The notes beneath the pieces are model-generated. The model was given only the letters and a program-made list of their open reading frames with translations. It ran no database searches and was not told where the DNA came from. From Candidatus Poribacteria bacterium (GTDB lineage: Bacteria > Poribacteria > WGA-4E > PCPOR2b), in the NCBI GenBank assembly GCA_965198175.1, contig OZ240245.1, positions 3,520,001 to 3,584,000 of the forward strand: a stretch of 64,000 bases of DNA, in the 5' to 3' direction. Below are positions 52,712-62,435 of the stretch, piece by piece; position 1 is the stretch's first letter; each line of letters starts with the position of its first letter. The translations under genes were made by a program, and so were the position numbers.

Positions 52712-52932
52712 GAGCTGGGCCCCTCGTTCCCATTCGTTGCGTCGTTATTGGACCGGGTATTCGACAACGATCGATTTATTGAATGTTCACTACCAAGTTT
52801 GTTTTGACACCGCTCGTTTTCTGAATAATCATCAGAACCCAAAGGCGGCGCCGTTCCTTTGTCATCTTCGTCAACCAAAACGGAACCACCGCTGGAATTC
52901 GATTGTGAGGCTTCGACAGTCGAAAGCTTTGG

Positions 52933-55062
52933 CTACTGCGCTTGTTGATGCAATGGGAATGTGAACAGAAAGGTACTCCCTTTTCCTTTCTCACTCTCGA
53001 CCCAGATTTTTCCATTGTGCAATTCTACCAATCTCCTGGTTAAGGCAAGTCCCAATCCACTCCCGCTGTGTTCGCGGGATTTCGATGCATCCAATTGTGT
53101 AAATGGTTGAAACAATTTCCCCTGGTCCTCCGGCGTCATTCCCACCCCGGTATCGGTCACTTGGGCCTTCAACTCATTATCGGAAACGCTAAATCTCGTA
53201 GTAACTTGACCGCCTTCCTCCGTAAATTTGGTGGCGTTGGAAAGCAAATTGTAGAGAATCTGTTTGAACTTGACTTTATCCGCCTCAATTGAGACGTCTT
53301 GATCGAATTCAAGTGAGGGCTGTATGTGTTTTTTGTTTGCAAGCGCGTTAACGATGGCATTCACCTCCTCCATCGCCTCCTCGACAGAGAATGTCTCAAG
53401 CTGCAGATCCATTTTTCCCGCTTCGATTTTCGCTAAATCCAGAAGCCCGTTAATCATATTCAAGAGGTGGTGACCGCTGGTGTGTATGTCGCGGATCAAC
53501 TCGTTCTGATCGTCGTTAATGGGACCGAGGATGGCATCCCGCAAAATCTCTGAGAATCCGATAACCGCGTTCAGCGGCGTGCGGAGCTCATGGCTCATGT
53601 TGGTGAGGAATTCGCTCTTGGCGCGGTTGGCATATTCGGCAGCTTCCTTAGCCGCTTGCAATTCTGATTCAGCCCATTTGCGATCTGTAATGTCGGTCAT
53701 GTAGATGCGGATAAGGTTACTTTCTGAGACATGGCAGATTTTCTGCACGTATACGAGACTACCAAGTTCAATCTCACGTGTGAAAGATTCCTCTTTTTCG
53801 CTGTGAAATGAGGCAATGATTGACCGCAAGCCGTCCAGCGTTGGGTGTTCTAGCCCAACTGCATCCAAGCTTGCAAATTGCAATTGTGACGCCGGGTTGA
53901 GATAGGTCACCTGACCATCAAGGTCTGTTTCAATAACAGGGTCAGGGCTCTGCTCGGGCAAAGATGCCAATCGATCGAGTGCTGCCTCGGTTCGTTTATG
54001 TTCTTCAATCTCATTTTGTAAATCCACCGTCTTTTCTTCAATCTCCGTCGCCAACTCGTCGGTATGAATAATTATCCTTCCTGTAAGCGGGCGAAGCAGC
54101 AGCACCATGCCACAGGTGCCGAGTAATGTGAGACCAATAATGACGCTGCTGATTACAAGAATCTGGCGGTTGATTGGAGAGTAAAGTTCATCCCTATCCT
54201 GCTTGGCAAGTATGCCCCACGTGGCAAGTATACCCGATTCTGCTTGTTGAATCGAGCTGTATGCAATAACAACTGGGGTATTTGGGAATTTGTCAGGGTT
54301 TATTATCCCAAATCCGCCGCGTGAGGCGCCTTTGAGTGCGAACCCAATCGGGGAATCCTTGGGGACAGTTCCTGTAGGGGTGCTTTTATTGCCTCGTAAC
54401 GGAAAGAACAGCTTAACTCCACGATCTGTATATTTCCCCAGAATAATTTCCCCCGTGTCTCCCATCCCGGTGTAATTTTTCACAAGGTTTTGCAACCTCG
54501 AAATTTTGAACAAAACCAAGTCAGTTCCGACGCGCTGCAGTTCTGCTCCGAAAATCGGGGCGCTGACAACAATATAGGATACGTCATTCAAGGAAATTGG
54601 GCCGTGAACAACCATGCCTCTAAATCTTCCAGCGTATGAGGGCCACTCCTTTCCCGGTATCGGCAATCCGACCTGAACAACCGGTTCACCTTTTGCATCG
54701 AGCCGAACAATTCCAGCCACGACCTCGGAAGTACGCATCGCATCATTCAATATGTTTCCGCTAAAACGCACCAAAACTTCGCGCTTCACTGTCCCTTTGT
54801 TATAGGCATCAAGTTGTTCGCGGGCTTCAGTTCGGCTAGTAATTTGCCGCGCGATATCCTTTACCCGAGACAGATATTCCTCAACGGCTATGCGTCGCGT
54901 ATTTACCGTTTGAATGAGATTCTTTTCCCCCGCTTCTTTGAGCAATCCGTAAAACCGAAGGATACTCACGAAGGAGACGATTAAGCCAATCGCGCAGATC
55001 CCTAGCGCTGAATACGCAATAATAGATTTCTGCAGTCGTTTTGAGATATCTCTATCCATCAT
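52933..55062 (-). CDS. Membrane sensor histidine kinase (extracellular sensor, PAS, HisKA, HATPase)
   Basis: 2 TM segments; MSHELRTPLN, NLLSNA.KFT, DTG.G, G.GLGL. Confidence 0.93.
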   Translation of the reverse strand: MMDRDISKRLQKSIIAYSALGICAIGLIVSFVSILRFYGLLKEAGEKNLIQTVNTRRIAVEEYLSRVKDIARQITSRTEAREQLDAYNKGTVKREVLVRFSGNILNDAMRTSEVVAGIVRLDAKGEPVVQVGLPIPGKEWPSYAGRFRGMVVHGPISLNDVSYIVVSAPIFGAELQRVGTDLVLFKISRLQNLVKNYTGMGDTGEIILGKYTDRGVKLFFPLRGNKSTPTGTVPKDSPIGFALKGASRGGFGIINPDKFPNTPVVIAYSSIQQAESGILATWGILAKQDRDELYSPINRQILVISSVIIGLTLLGTCGMVLLLRPLTGRIIIHTDELATEIEEKTVDLQNEIEEHKRTEAALDRLASLPEQSPDPVIETDLDGQVTYLNPASQLQFASLDAVGLEHPTLDGLRSIIASFHSEKEESFTREIELGSLVYVQKICHVSESNLIRIYMTDITDRKWAESELQAAKEAAEYANRAKSEFLTNMSHELRTPLNAVIGFSEILRDAILGPINDDQNELIRDIHTSGHHLLNMINGLLDLAKIEAGKMDLQLETFSVEEAMEEVNAIVNALANKKHIQPSLEFDQDVSIEADKVKFKQILYNLLSNATKFTEEGGQVTTRFSVSDNELKAQVTDTGVGMTPEDQGKLFQPFTQLDASKSREHSGSGLGLALTRRLVELHNGKIWVESEKGKGSTFLFTFPLHQQAQ

Positions 55063-55190
55063 GACTCCCGCATTCAGTAAAACGCCATTGCAACAATCGT
55101 CAATTTAGGAGGTGTGGCGTTCCCGAGCAGGCCTCCTCTTCTGAATTAGCCAATAGGCGGACTGACATGGCGAATCTGCAATCCCACAGG

Positions 55191-57002
55191 TCACTTCTTC
55201 TTAAGCACCATTAGCGTTAAATCATCGAATGGATTGGCTTCCCCTTGGAATTCTAGGACAGCATTGTAGATTGCCGTGCAAATCTCGTTGGCAGTTGCAT
55301 GTCGTCGCCCCTTCACCAGTTCAACTAAGCGCGCTTCTCCATACATTTCATTGTCGATATTCAAAGTTTCGGTCACGCCATCGGTGTAAAGTAGAACCGT
55401 GTCCCCACTAGACAACAGAGTTGTTTCCTGTTCATATTCTACAATCTGACGAAGCATGTCGTCCGGATACATTCCCAAAACTAGACCGCCTTTCTCCAAG
55501 CGCTTAATACTGCCATCGCGTCGAACAACCAGCGCAAGGTTGTGTCCCGCATCAATTGAGGTCAGTACGCCCTTTTCTGGATTCAACTTTGCGTAAACAA
55601 GGGTTGCATAGGTGTCAGTTGTACTCCCTTCATAAAGTAGAGAATTGAGAGCTGTCGCCATTGTCCGCAAATCTCTGTGTCTCGCTACTTCTGCGCGTAG
55701 CCCCATCCGAAGCATCGCCATAAGCAGCGCAGCTTGCATGCCTTTACCACAAACATCAGCAACCGCAAGTCCCCACGATCCATCTGGTTCTCGAATATAA
55801 TCGAAATAATCTCCCCCAACTTCATCGTGATGGGGAACACTTAATCCGACGACCTCGTAGCCGGGGATTTCAGGTGATGCGGACGGGATTAGGTTTTTCT
55901 GTATTTTTGACGCTTCTTCAATTTCTGTTTGTAGTCGGCGTCGTTCGAGGGCTTCTTGATAAAGCCGCGCATTTTCTATGATGACCCCCGCTTGATTGGC
56001 GAAGGCTTCCAGCAAAATTCCATCTCTAGGCGTAAAGTCCACTATAATCCTATTCTTCTCCTCTTTATCATATACAACCAACACGCCCAGGATCTCACGT
56101 CCAAAAATTGGAACGATCATGAGATTCGTTCCACCGAACAACTCCGCTTCTTTTTCGCCGTTGCGAATGAGCGTTTTGCCATGTAGTGCCACTTCGCGGA
56201 GCAGGGAAATCGCGGGATGAGCTGCTCGATTGTCTTGAAGGGAAATCGAAAGGTCTTCCAATTCAGGATTGGGCTCTACCTCCATAGTGAAACTGCTTTT
56301 CATCTCAAGCCATTGGCTCATCGAATTCATAAGCAGTAAACAACCACCACGGGCATCCAAGAGACTTACAGCGTGGTGAACTATTTCACTCTCAAGACGC
56401 ACCGTGTCCAATAACTTGCCCATCTGGGCAGCGATATCGGACAGCAGAAAGAGCCGAAACTTGGCAGTTCTCATCTCTTCCAACACTCGTGAATGCGCAA
56501 TCTCTCTTGACACAAAGTCGGCTAGCACAGCTACAAGTTCTCGATTCCAGGATGCCATCTCAATGCGGTTGGGAGATGTGCCTAGACTGAGAATGCCGAA
56601 AAAATCTTCGCCAATTTTTAACGGAGCCCAAAGGTGTGCGCTAAGGATATCCAACTGAGGTCGAATGCTGTCAAAAAACGGCTCCAAGGCAAGAGGAGGA
56701 TGTGAAAGATCGAGCACCGGGGATTGAATCATGACGGCAATCTCATCGGGATGAACCGAAATAACGAGTGATTCATCTTCGATATTGATTGACGATTCGA
56801 TGGCTAGTTGGCTAGTTGTTGGATGGAAACGAAAAATTGCCCCTTTGGTCACACTCAGTGTTTCAAGGACTATCCGCAAATATGCTTGACTCGAGGCGCT
56901 AAAGTTGCCCTGACCGGAAACAATTGCCTCGCCGAGATGTTCAAGCTCAGACAGACTGAGAACTAGTCGTCGTATGGTTTCTTCAGCAGAATCAGGTTGC
57001 AT
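55191..57002 (-). CDS. GAF-GAF-SpoIIE (RsbU-like) phosphatase, paralog A
   Basis: GGDYFD, ADVCGKG, YTDG, DDLT. Confidence 0.9.
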   Translation of the reverse strand: MQPDSAEETIRRLVLSLSELEHLGEAIVSGQGNFSASSQAYLRIVLETLSVTKGAIFRFHPTTSQLAIESSINIEDESLVISVHPDEIAVMIQSPVLDLSHPPLALEPFFDSIRPQLDILSAHLWAPLKIGEDFFGILSLGTSPNRIEMASWNRELVAVLADFVSREIAHSRVLEEMRTAKFRLFLLSDIAAQMGKLLDTVRLESEIVHHAVSLLDARGGCLLLMNSMSQWLEMKSSFTMEVEPNPELEDLSISLQDNRAAHPAISLLREVALHGKTLIRNGEKEAELFGGTNLMIVPIFGREILGVLVVYDKEEKNRIIVDFTPRDGILLEAFANQAGVIIENARLYQEALERRRLQTEIEEASKIQKNLIPSASPEIPGYEVVGLSVPHHDEVGGDYFDYIREPDGSWGLAVADVCGKGMQAALLMAMLRMGLRAEVARHRDLRTMATALNSLLYEGSTTDTYATLVYAKLNPEKGVLTSIDAGHNLALVVRRDGSIKRLEKGGLVLGMYPDDMLRQIVEYEQETTLLSSGDTVLLYTDGVTETLNIDNEMYGEARLVELVKGRRHATANEICTAIYNAVLEFQGEANPFDDLTLMVLKKK

Positions 57003-57098
57003 CTTAGCATCTCTATTCTATTTAGGCAGATTGGATGTGCAAAAGAAGCTAGCTTTAATCTTCTCCAGATGTCTTCTCATCGTTCCCCATAAGGGCAA

Positions 57099-57449
57099 TT
57101 ATCCGTCCGATGTAAGCGATGTAATCGCTTCATCTTCACTATCAAAGTGTTCAAAGACGCTGATTAGTCGACTTCTAACAATAAGGTTCTTGATGTTCGC
57201 ACCAACGTTGATGACCGCAATTCGTCCCTTCTTACGCACAACAGATACATGTGTCCCCATGAGCGTTCCGAGCCCCGAACTATCAAGCATCGAAACGTCG
57301 GCAAAATCTATCAGAAATTTGGGCGTATCAGAAACGTTAGCAAGTTGCTCATCAATTGTCTTTCTGAGATCGCTGACAGCGGAGCCAATGATTTTACCAT
57401 TGGGCGTTAAAATGATGACACTATCACGATGACTAACATTAATTTTCAT
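57099..57449 (-). CDS. STAS-domain anti-sigma factor antagonist
   Basis: MLDSSGLG motif. Confidence 0.9.
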   Translation of the reverse strand: MKINVSHRDSVIILTPNGKIIGSAVSDLRKTIDEQLANVSDTPKFLIDFADVSMLDSSGLGTLMGTHVSVVRKKGRIAVINVGANIKNLIVRSRLISVFEHFDSEDEAITSLTSDG

Positions 57450-57677
57450 TAGTATTTTCTCCTAAAGTGTATTCCTAATCTATGGGGAATTATGCTGTTT
57501 GAGCGATGCCGGAATGTGGAAGGAGCGCACACGCTAACTGTCCTGAATTGTTTATCAAATCACTTGGCGATTGTCGTTCCACATTGACTTCCGCTATTTT
57601 AAATGATACACAGCTTTTTGTCAAGTTTCCAATTCCCTTATCATGTACTTTATGCGATTCATCGCGGTTCACGGCGA

Positions 57678-59477
57678 TTATGTTTTCTTAAGAACCATCA
57701 GCGTTAGATCGTCAAACTGCTGGGCTTCGCCTTGGAATTCCAACACCGCATTGTGTATTGTGTCGCAAATCTCCCTTGCACCTCGGCGACGCACCTGGCT
57801 CGCAAGATGTTCCAACCGTTTCTCTCCATAGAGGTCATTGTCGATGTTGAATGTCTCGGTCACACCATCGGTGTAAAACAAAACGATGTCCCCACTGTCA
57901 AGTTGAATCGTCTCCTGCTCATACGTCGTAACCTGATGAATCATATCGTCGGGAAACATCCCTAACATCACCCCACCGATTTCTAGCTGTTCTAGACTCC
58001 CATCACTCCGAACGACCACGGGATAGTTGTGTCCGGCATTGATGGAAGTCAATACACCGGTTTCTGGATGTAACTGCGCGTAGAAGAAGGTTGCGAATTT
58101 TCCGATTGTGCTGCTCTCATAAAGCAGCGAATTCAAGGCGATCGCCATGCTCGGCAGATCTTTTCGCCGTGCCACCTCTGAGAGCAAGCCGGCTCGCAGC
58201 GTTGCCATCAGTAGAGCAGCCTGCATGCCTTTGCCGGAGACATCGGCAATTGCGAGTCCCCAACACTCATTGGGCTCCCGAATGTAATCGTAGTAATCTC
58301 CGCCAACGTCCCCTCGAGGTATAGAAATCCCTGCGAGTTCGTAACCGGGAATTTCAGGTGGCGCATCTGGGAGAAGGTTTCTCTGGATTTTTTCTGCCTC
58401 TTCCATTTCTGCTTGCAGCCGACGCCGCTCGAGCGCTTCCTGGTAAAGGCGGGCATTTTCGATAATCACGCCTGCTTGGTTGGCAAAGGCTTCAAGCAAA
58501 ATCCTATCCTCAGAAGTGACGTCCCGCGAAATGCCGCCACGACCCTCCTTATCGCACACAATGAGAACCCCCAAAATCTCCTCACGCCCAAAAATTGGAG
58601 TAGCTATCAGGTTCGCCTTGCCGAACGGTGCAGCCATTTTCTCATCATTGCACATCAGCGTTTTCCCGTCGGTTGCGACCTTGTTAATCATGGATTGTGT
58701 ACATGGCACATCCATGCCGCTCGAAATCGCCTGCAGGCTGGAGTCGAGAGCTGGATCAAGGTTAAGGTAGCTTTTTATCTCAAGTCGCTGACTAAAAGGA
58801 TCAATGAGCAGTAAACAGCCCGCACTGGCGTCCAATAGCGTGACCGCATGGCTCACGATTTCCTCGTCCAGACGCTCCGTGTCCAACTGTTTGTAAATCT
58901 GGGTCGTAATATCAGAAAGGAGAAAGAGATGAAACTTATCGGCACGCATCTCATCCATCAAACGTGAATATGCAATTGCAATCGAGGTTTGGTTGGCTAA
59001 TACACTTAACACGCCCCGTGCCCACGATTCTATTCTCACTCCGGTCAGAGTTGGGCCAAGACTGATGACACCCAGAAGTTCGTCACGGATTTTTAGTGGT
59101 GCCCAGAGGTGGGCGCTAAGGATTTGTAGTTGCGGCTGGATTCTGTTGAAAAATGGCTTGAGCTGGTCGGGTGGCTGAGAAATCTCAACCATTGAGGATT
59201 GAAGTATGACGGGCACTTCGTCGGGAATCACGGGAATAACTAGCGATTCATTATTGAGGTTAATCGCCGCTTCAATCGATAAATGGCTCTCCCCCGGATT
59301 GAAGGATAAAATCGCGCCTTTGGTTGCCCCTAATGTTCCGAGAATCACCCGCAGATACGTTTTACTCGACACATTAAAGTTGCCTCCGCCAGAAAGGATT
59401 GTCGCACCAAGCTGCTCAAGCTCTGACAGACTGAACGTTAGCCGTTGTATGGTCTCTTCGGCAGAATCAGGTTGCAT
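57678..59477 (-). CDS. GAF-GAF-SpoIIE (RsbU-like) phosphatase, paralog B
   Basis: Start set at MQPDSAEETI (59477) by identity with paralog A; GGDYYD, ADVSGKG, YTDG, DDLT. Confidence 0.9.
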   Translation of the reverse strand: MQPDSAEETIQRLTFSLSELEQLGATILSGGGNFNVSSKTYLRVILGTLGATKGAILSFNPGESHLSIEAAINLNNESLVIPVIPDEVPVILQSSMVEISQPPDQLKPFFNRIQPQLQILSAHLWAPLKIRDELLGVISLGPTLTGVRIESWARGVLSVLANQTSIAIAYSRLMDEMRADKFHLFLLSDITTQIYKQLDTERLDEEIVSHAVTLLDASAGCLLLIDPFSQRLEIKSYLNLDPALDSSLQAISSGMDVPCTQSMINKVATDGKTLMCNDEKMAAPFGKANLIATPIFGREEILGVLIVCDKEGRGGISRDVTSEDRILLEAFANQAGVIIENARLYQEALERRRLQAEMEEAEKIQRNLLPDAPPEIPGYELAGISIPRGDVGGDYYDYIREPNECWGLAIADVSGKGMQAALLMATLRAGLLSEVARRKDLPSMAIALNSLLYESSTIGKFATFFYAQLHPETGVLTSINAGHNYPVVVRSDGSLEQLEIGGVMLGMFPDDMIHQVTTYEQETIQLDSGDIVLFYTDGVTETFNIDNDLYGEKRLEHLASQVRRRGAREICDTIHNAVLEFQGEAQQFDDLTLMVLKKT

Positions 59478-59768
59478 CCTTTCCCCCCTCGCGCATTTAG
59501 GCGGAATCCGGAGTGTGTACCCCATGCGGACAAGCGATTGCCTTCCTCCGCTGGCAACGTAGATAGCGTCACCTGAATCGGTTGAAGCCAAATGGCATCT
59601 GGCAGCCAAATGCTGGAACTCAGTTAGAATGATACCACATCATACCTGCGAAACACAATGTACATTTAGCAGTAGCAGGGCGCTTCAAGTGTGATGGTAA
59701 CATAACAGGCATTGGCCGCGGTTCTCGACCGACTGCCAGTCAAGGGGAGATGAAGCGGTCAAAATCGG

Positions 59769-59799
59769 TTGACAAAGCCCCCAAAAACCGTGCTATAAT
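59769..59799 (+). promoter_or_regulatory. Sigma70-like promoter
   Basis: TTGACA-19 nt-TATAAT with extended TG; consensus hexamers but a long spacer. Confidence 0.6.
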
Positions 59800-59901
59800 G
59801 TTATGCGCCTTGCCTGCGATTTCTGGGGTTGCTTCGGGGTGACACGCAGGTTGAAGTTGCTGGCATCCTATAAATCTTCCAAAGTCCAAAAGGAGTTGCC
59901 C

Positions 59902-60675
59902 ATGTATCGTTTATCTGTGTCTGCAGGTACGGTCCTGCAAAACATGCCGTTCGAACAGCGCGTTAGAGAGATTGCTCAGGCGGGGTTTCTCGTTGATTTC
60001 TGGGGTTCAGACGAGAGCGCTATTGACCAAATCGCCGCTGATCCCAATATCGAGGTCAACGCGATACCGGGGTCAATGGGTGGGAGTATGGTACATCCCG
60101 ATGGCGTCGCGTTGTTTATGGACGGGGTTCAAAAATGCCTCGACCTAGCTGGAAGGCTGAACTGCCGGAACCTGTGCCTTCTGACCGGCGAATTTGACGA
60201 AAGCGGCTACGTCGTGCATCCCATTGCAGCGCATCCGGCTACGATGTGGATTACCGCTTACAAGACACTCTGCCAAGTGGCGGAACTCGCAGAAAAGCAC
60301 GATACTGTGTACCACGTGGAACAACTGAACATAAAGGTCGATCACGCCGGATATCCGTTCCCAAATACTGCGGATGTCACGAATCTACTTGACGAAGTTG
60401 CAAGTCCGCGAATTAAACTCCTTTGCGATCTCTATCACATGCAGATCCAGCAGGGCAACGTCATCCAGACCGTTCGCGACTATTACGATTACATCGGCAA
60501 TTTGCACGTGGCTGATGTGCCTGGGCGACACGAACCCGGCACCGGCGAGATGAATTATCCAGGAATTGTCCGCGTCTTGCGTGAGTTAAACTATGATGGG
60601 GTTATCGGCTTGGAAGCTTTTCCAAAAGGCGACGATATCGAGGCGATGGCTCGCTTCCGCGAGATTTTTGCATGA
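59902..60675 (+). CDS. Hydroxypyruvate isomerase family TIM-barrel protein
   Basis: EQLN.KVDH.GY, DLYHMQI, HVADVPGRHEPGTGE; AGGAG RBS. Confidence 0.88.
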   Translation: MYRLSVSAGTVLQNMPFEQRVREIAQAGFLVDFWGSDESAIDQIAADPNIEVNAIPGSMGGSMVHPDGVALFMDGVQKCLDLAGRLNCRNLCLLTGEFDESGYVVHPIAAHPATMWITAYKTLCQVAELAEKHDTVYHVEQLNIKVDHAGYPFPNTADVTNLLDEVASPRIKLLCDLYHMQIQQGNVIQTVRDYYDYIGNLHVADVPGRHEPGTGEMNYPGIVRVLRELNYDGVIGLEAFPKGDDIEAMARFREIFA

Positions 60676-61008
60676 TAGTCGAGAACGTGGTTAGCACAGC
60701 CCACCAATCGATCACATTTGCACCGGCGCAGCCCCAGTGTGCGCATCCAGCACCTGCGCGGAACTCGCAGGAATTGACGATGCCTTTTTGATGATTACCG
60801 CATTGGTTGGATTAAGCGTTGAGTTTTGCTACAAATATCATTCTCCATCGCGATTCGTTTTTGGCAGTTCAACGAAACCTACGGGTTGTTACTCCACTTC
60901 CTTGTTTGGGGTGCACTTAGTGTCCTGAGTGTGATCATACCACTTTACGTTAAGAAAGTCGTATGAAAATTTGGGGCAATCTGTGTAATTGAGTAGCTAA
61001 ATATGTAT

Positions 61009-61770
61009 TTAAAACTGTTCGTATAGCTCCGCGCGGCTGCGGCCCAAACGACCAGGACACAGCCGTTGCATTTCCAGCGGCATGCGCGCGTATGTCTCGG
61101 GCCAAACCGGCTGATGGCATCCCTCGGCCCAGTTGTTGAACCAGCGCGGGCAGTAGCCTGAATTTAGTCCGACACGAATTTCGTTGGAGGTGTTGGCGCG
61201 CGACATGTGGTATAGCCCGCCGTGCCACAGCATCACCGTACCGGGGCGTCCAGTGATAGGCTTGATTAGCGGGCTGTCTGGGGTGATGTCCGGTGGTGGT
61301 CCATGCAAGCGCGAACGGTGGCTCATCGGCACCAGGCCTGTCGCACCGTTCTCTACGGTAAACTCCGTCAACATCCACATGCCGTTGATCATCCACGGCA
61401 CACTGGGAACCACGGCGAAGGTGCTGGCGGAATCAACGTGCAGTGGGCCATGCGGCGCACCGGGCCAGGTTGGCTTGGAACACGCATCGGGCACCCGGCA
61501 TTTTGGTCCTAGAAAATGCTGCGCGATTGCAACTGTGTCCGGATGACTGGCACAGGTCCAGACTCGGTCGTCCAGGTTCAGCATACCAAACAGTGTCTGA
61601 TAGTATTGGTCACCTATCTTGTAGGGATGCCACATCGGGTCAGCATGCAATTCGAGGAATCGATCAGCCATGCTCAGTGCCAGGTCCTCGGGGATGCGAT
61701 CTTCCAGCACGCAGTAGCCGTAGATGGTAAGATGATCAATTGCGGCTTTAAGGTCATCCTTCATAGACAT
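61009..61770 (-). CDS. Phytanoyl-CoA dioxygenase (PhyH) family
   Basis: LHVD, FTVENGAT.LVP.SH, G.LYH. Start approximate. Confidence 0.88.
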   Translation of the reverse strand: MSMKDDLKAAIDHLTIYGYCVLEDRIPEDLALSMADRFLELHADPMWHPYKIGDQYYQTLFGMLNLDDRVWTCASHPDTVAIAQHFLGPKCRVPDACSKPTWPGAPHGPLHVDSASTFAVVPSVPWMINGMWMLTEFTVENGATGLVPMSHRSRLHGPPPDITPDSPLIKPITGRPGTVMLWHGGLYHMSRANTSNEIRVGLNSGYCPRWFNNWAEGCHQPVWPETYARMPLEMQRLCPGRLGRSRAELYEQF

Positions 61771-61815
61771 CTGCTTTTCCTCCATCCAATAAATTTTGAC
61801 AATCAATAAGCATCA

Positions 61816-61841
61816 AGGGCAACCACGAGGGTCGCCCCTCC
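61816..61841 (-). repeat. REP-like palindrome
   Basis: Minus strand ggaggggcgaccctcgtggttgccct resembles GTAGGGGC.ACCC..GTGGTTGCCC-type REPs. Confidence 0.5.
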
Positions 61842-62435
61842 AAATTACGCCGCATAAACGGAAAAATACATTCGGTGGTTCAAATACCCATCTTAATGCA
61901 TTGGCACTCCAAAATGACGTCATAAGGTTAATACCTCTTCTTCAGGCTGCCCCAGCGAGTTTGGCTGATGGATAAACCGCCTTTGCTGGCTATGAGCCAC
62001 GGCAAACTGGCAAAATTAGTTAAGAGAAGTCAAGCAAGTTCGCACTCCAGTGTTTTACAATCAAGCACATTTGCTGCTTGCGATAAAAGCATTATCAACT
62101 ATTTCGCTTCCGATTTTTCTGATTCGTTGGACTTAGCGGACTCCGCGCCATTGCCGTTTTTTGCGTACCCACTCTGCAGCACCCACATCGTGAAATCCTC
62201 CGGCTTACCACCCTCTTTTTTAAACTTTTCATTCCATTCCCTTTGTCAGGTTACATATAGATTATAACTGAACTTACCCCCAATGTTTAGACTGTCATGC
62301 TTGACCATTAAGGTGTAAAGGCTACGCATCAACACCAAATATTGTTGGAAATACAACTCGTGAGGTGTTTTAGTATTGAGCGGTGCGTGAAAACCCTCTG
62401 TGTCTATAATGGGCAAGAGAATTGTCACTTGACGG

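Noticed and set aside
62246..62248. Second selenocysteine codon
   Set aside because: No redox motif and no downstream hairpin.
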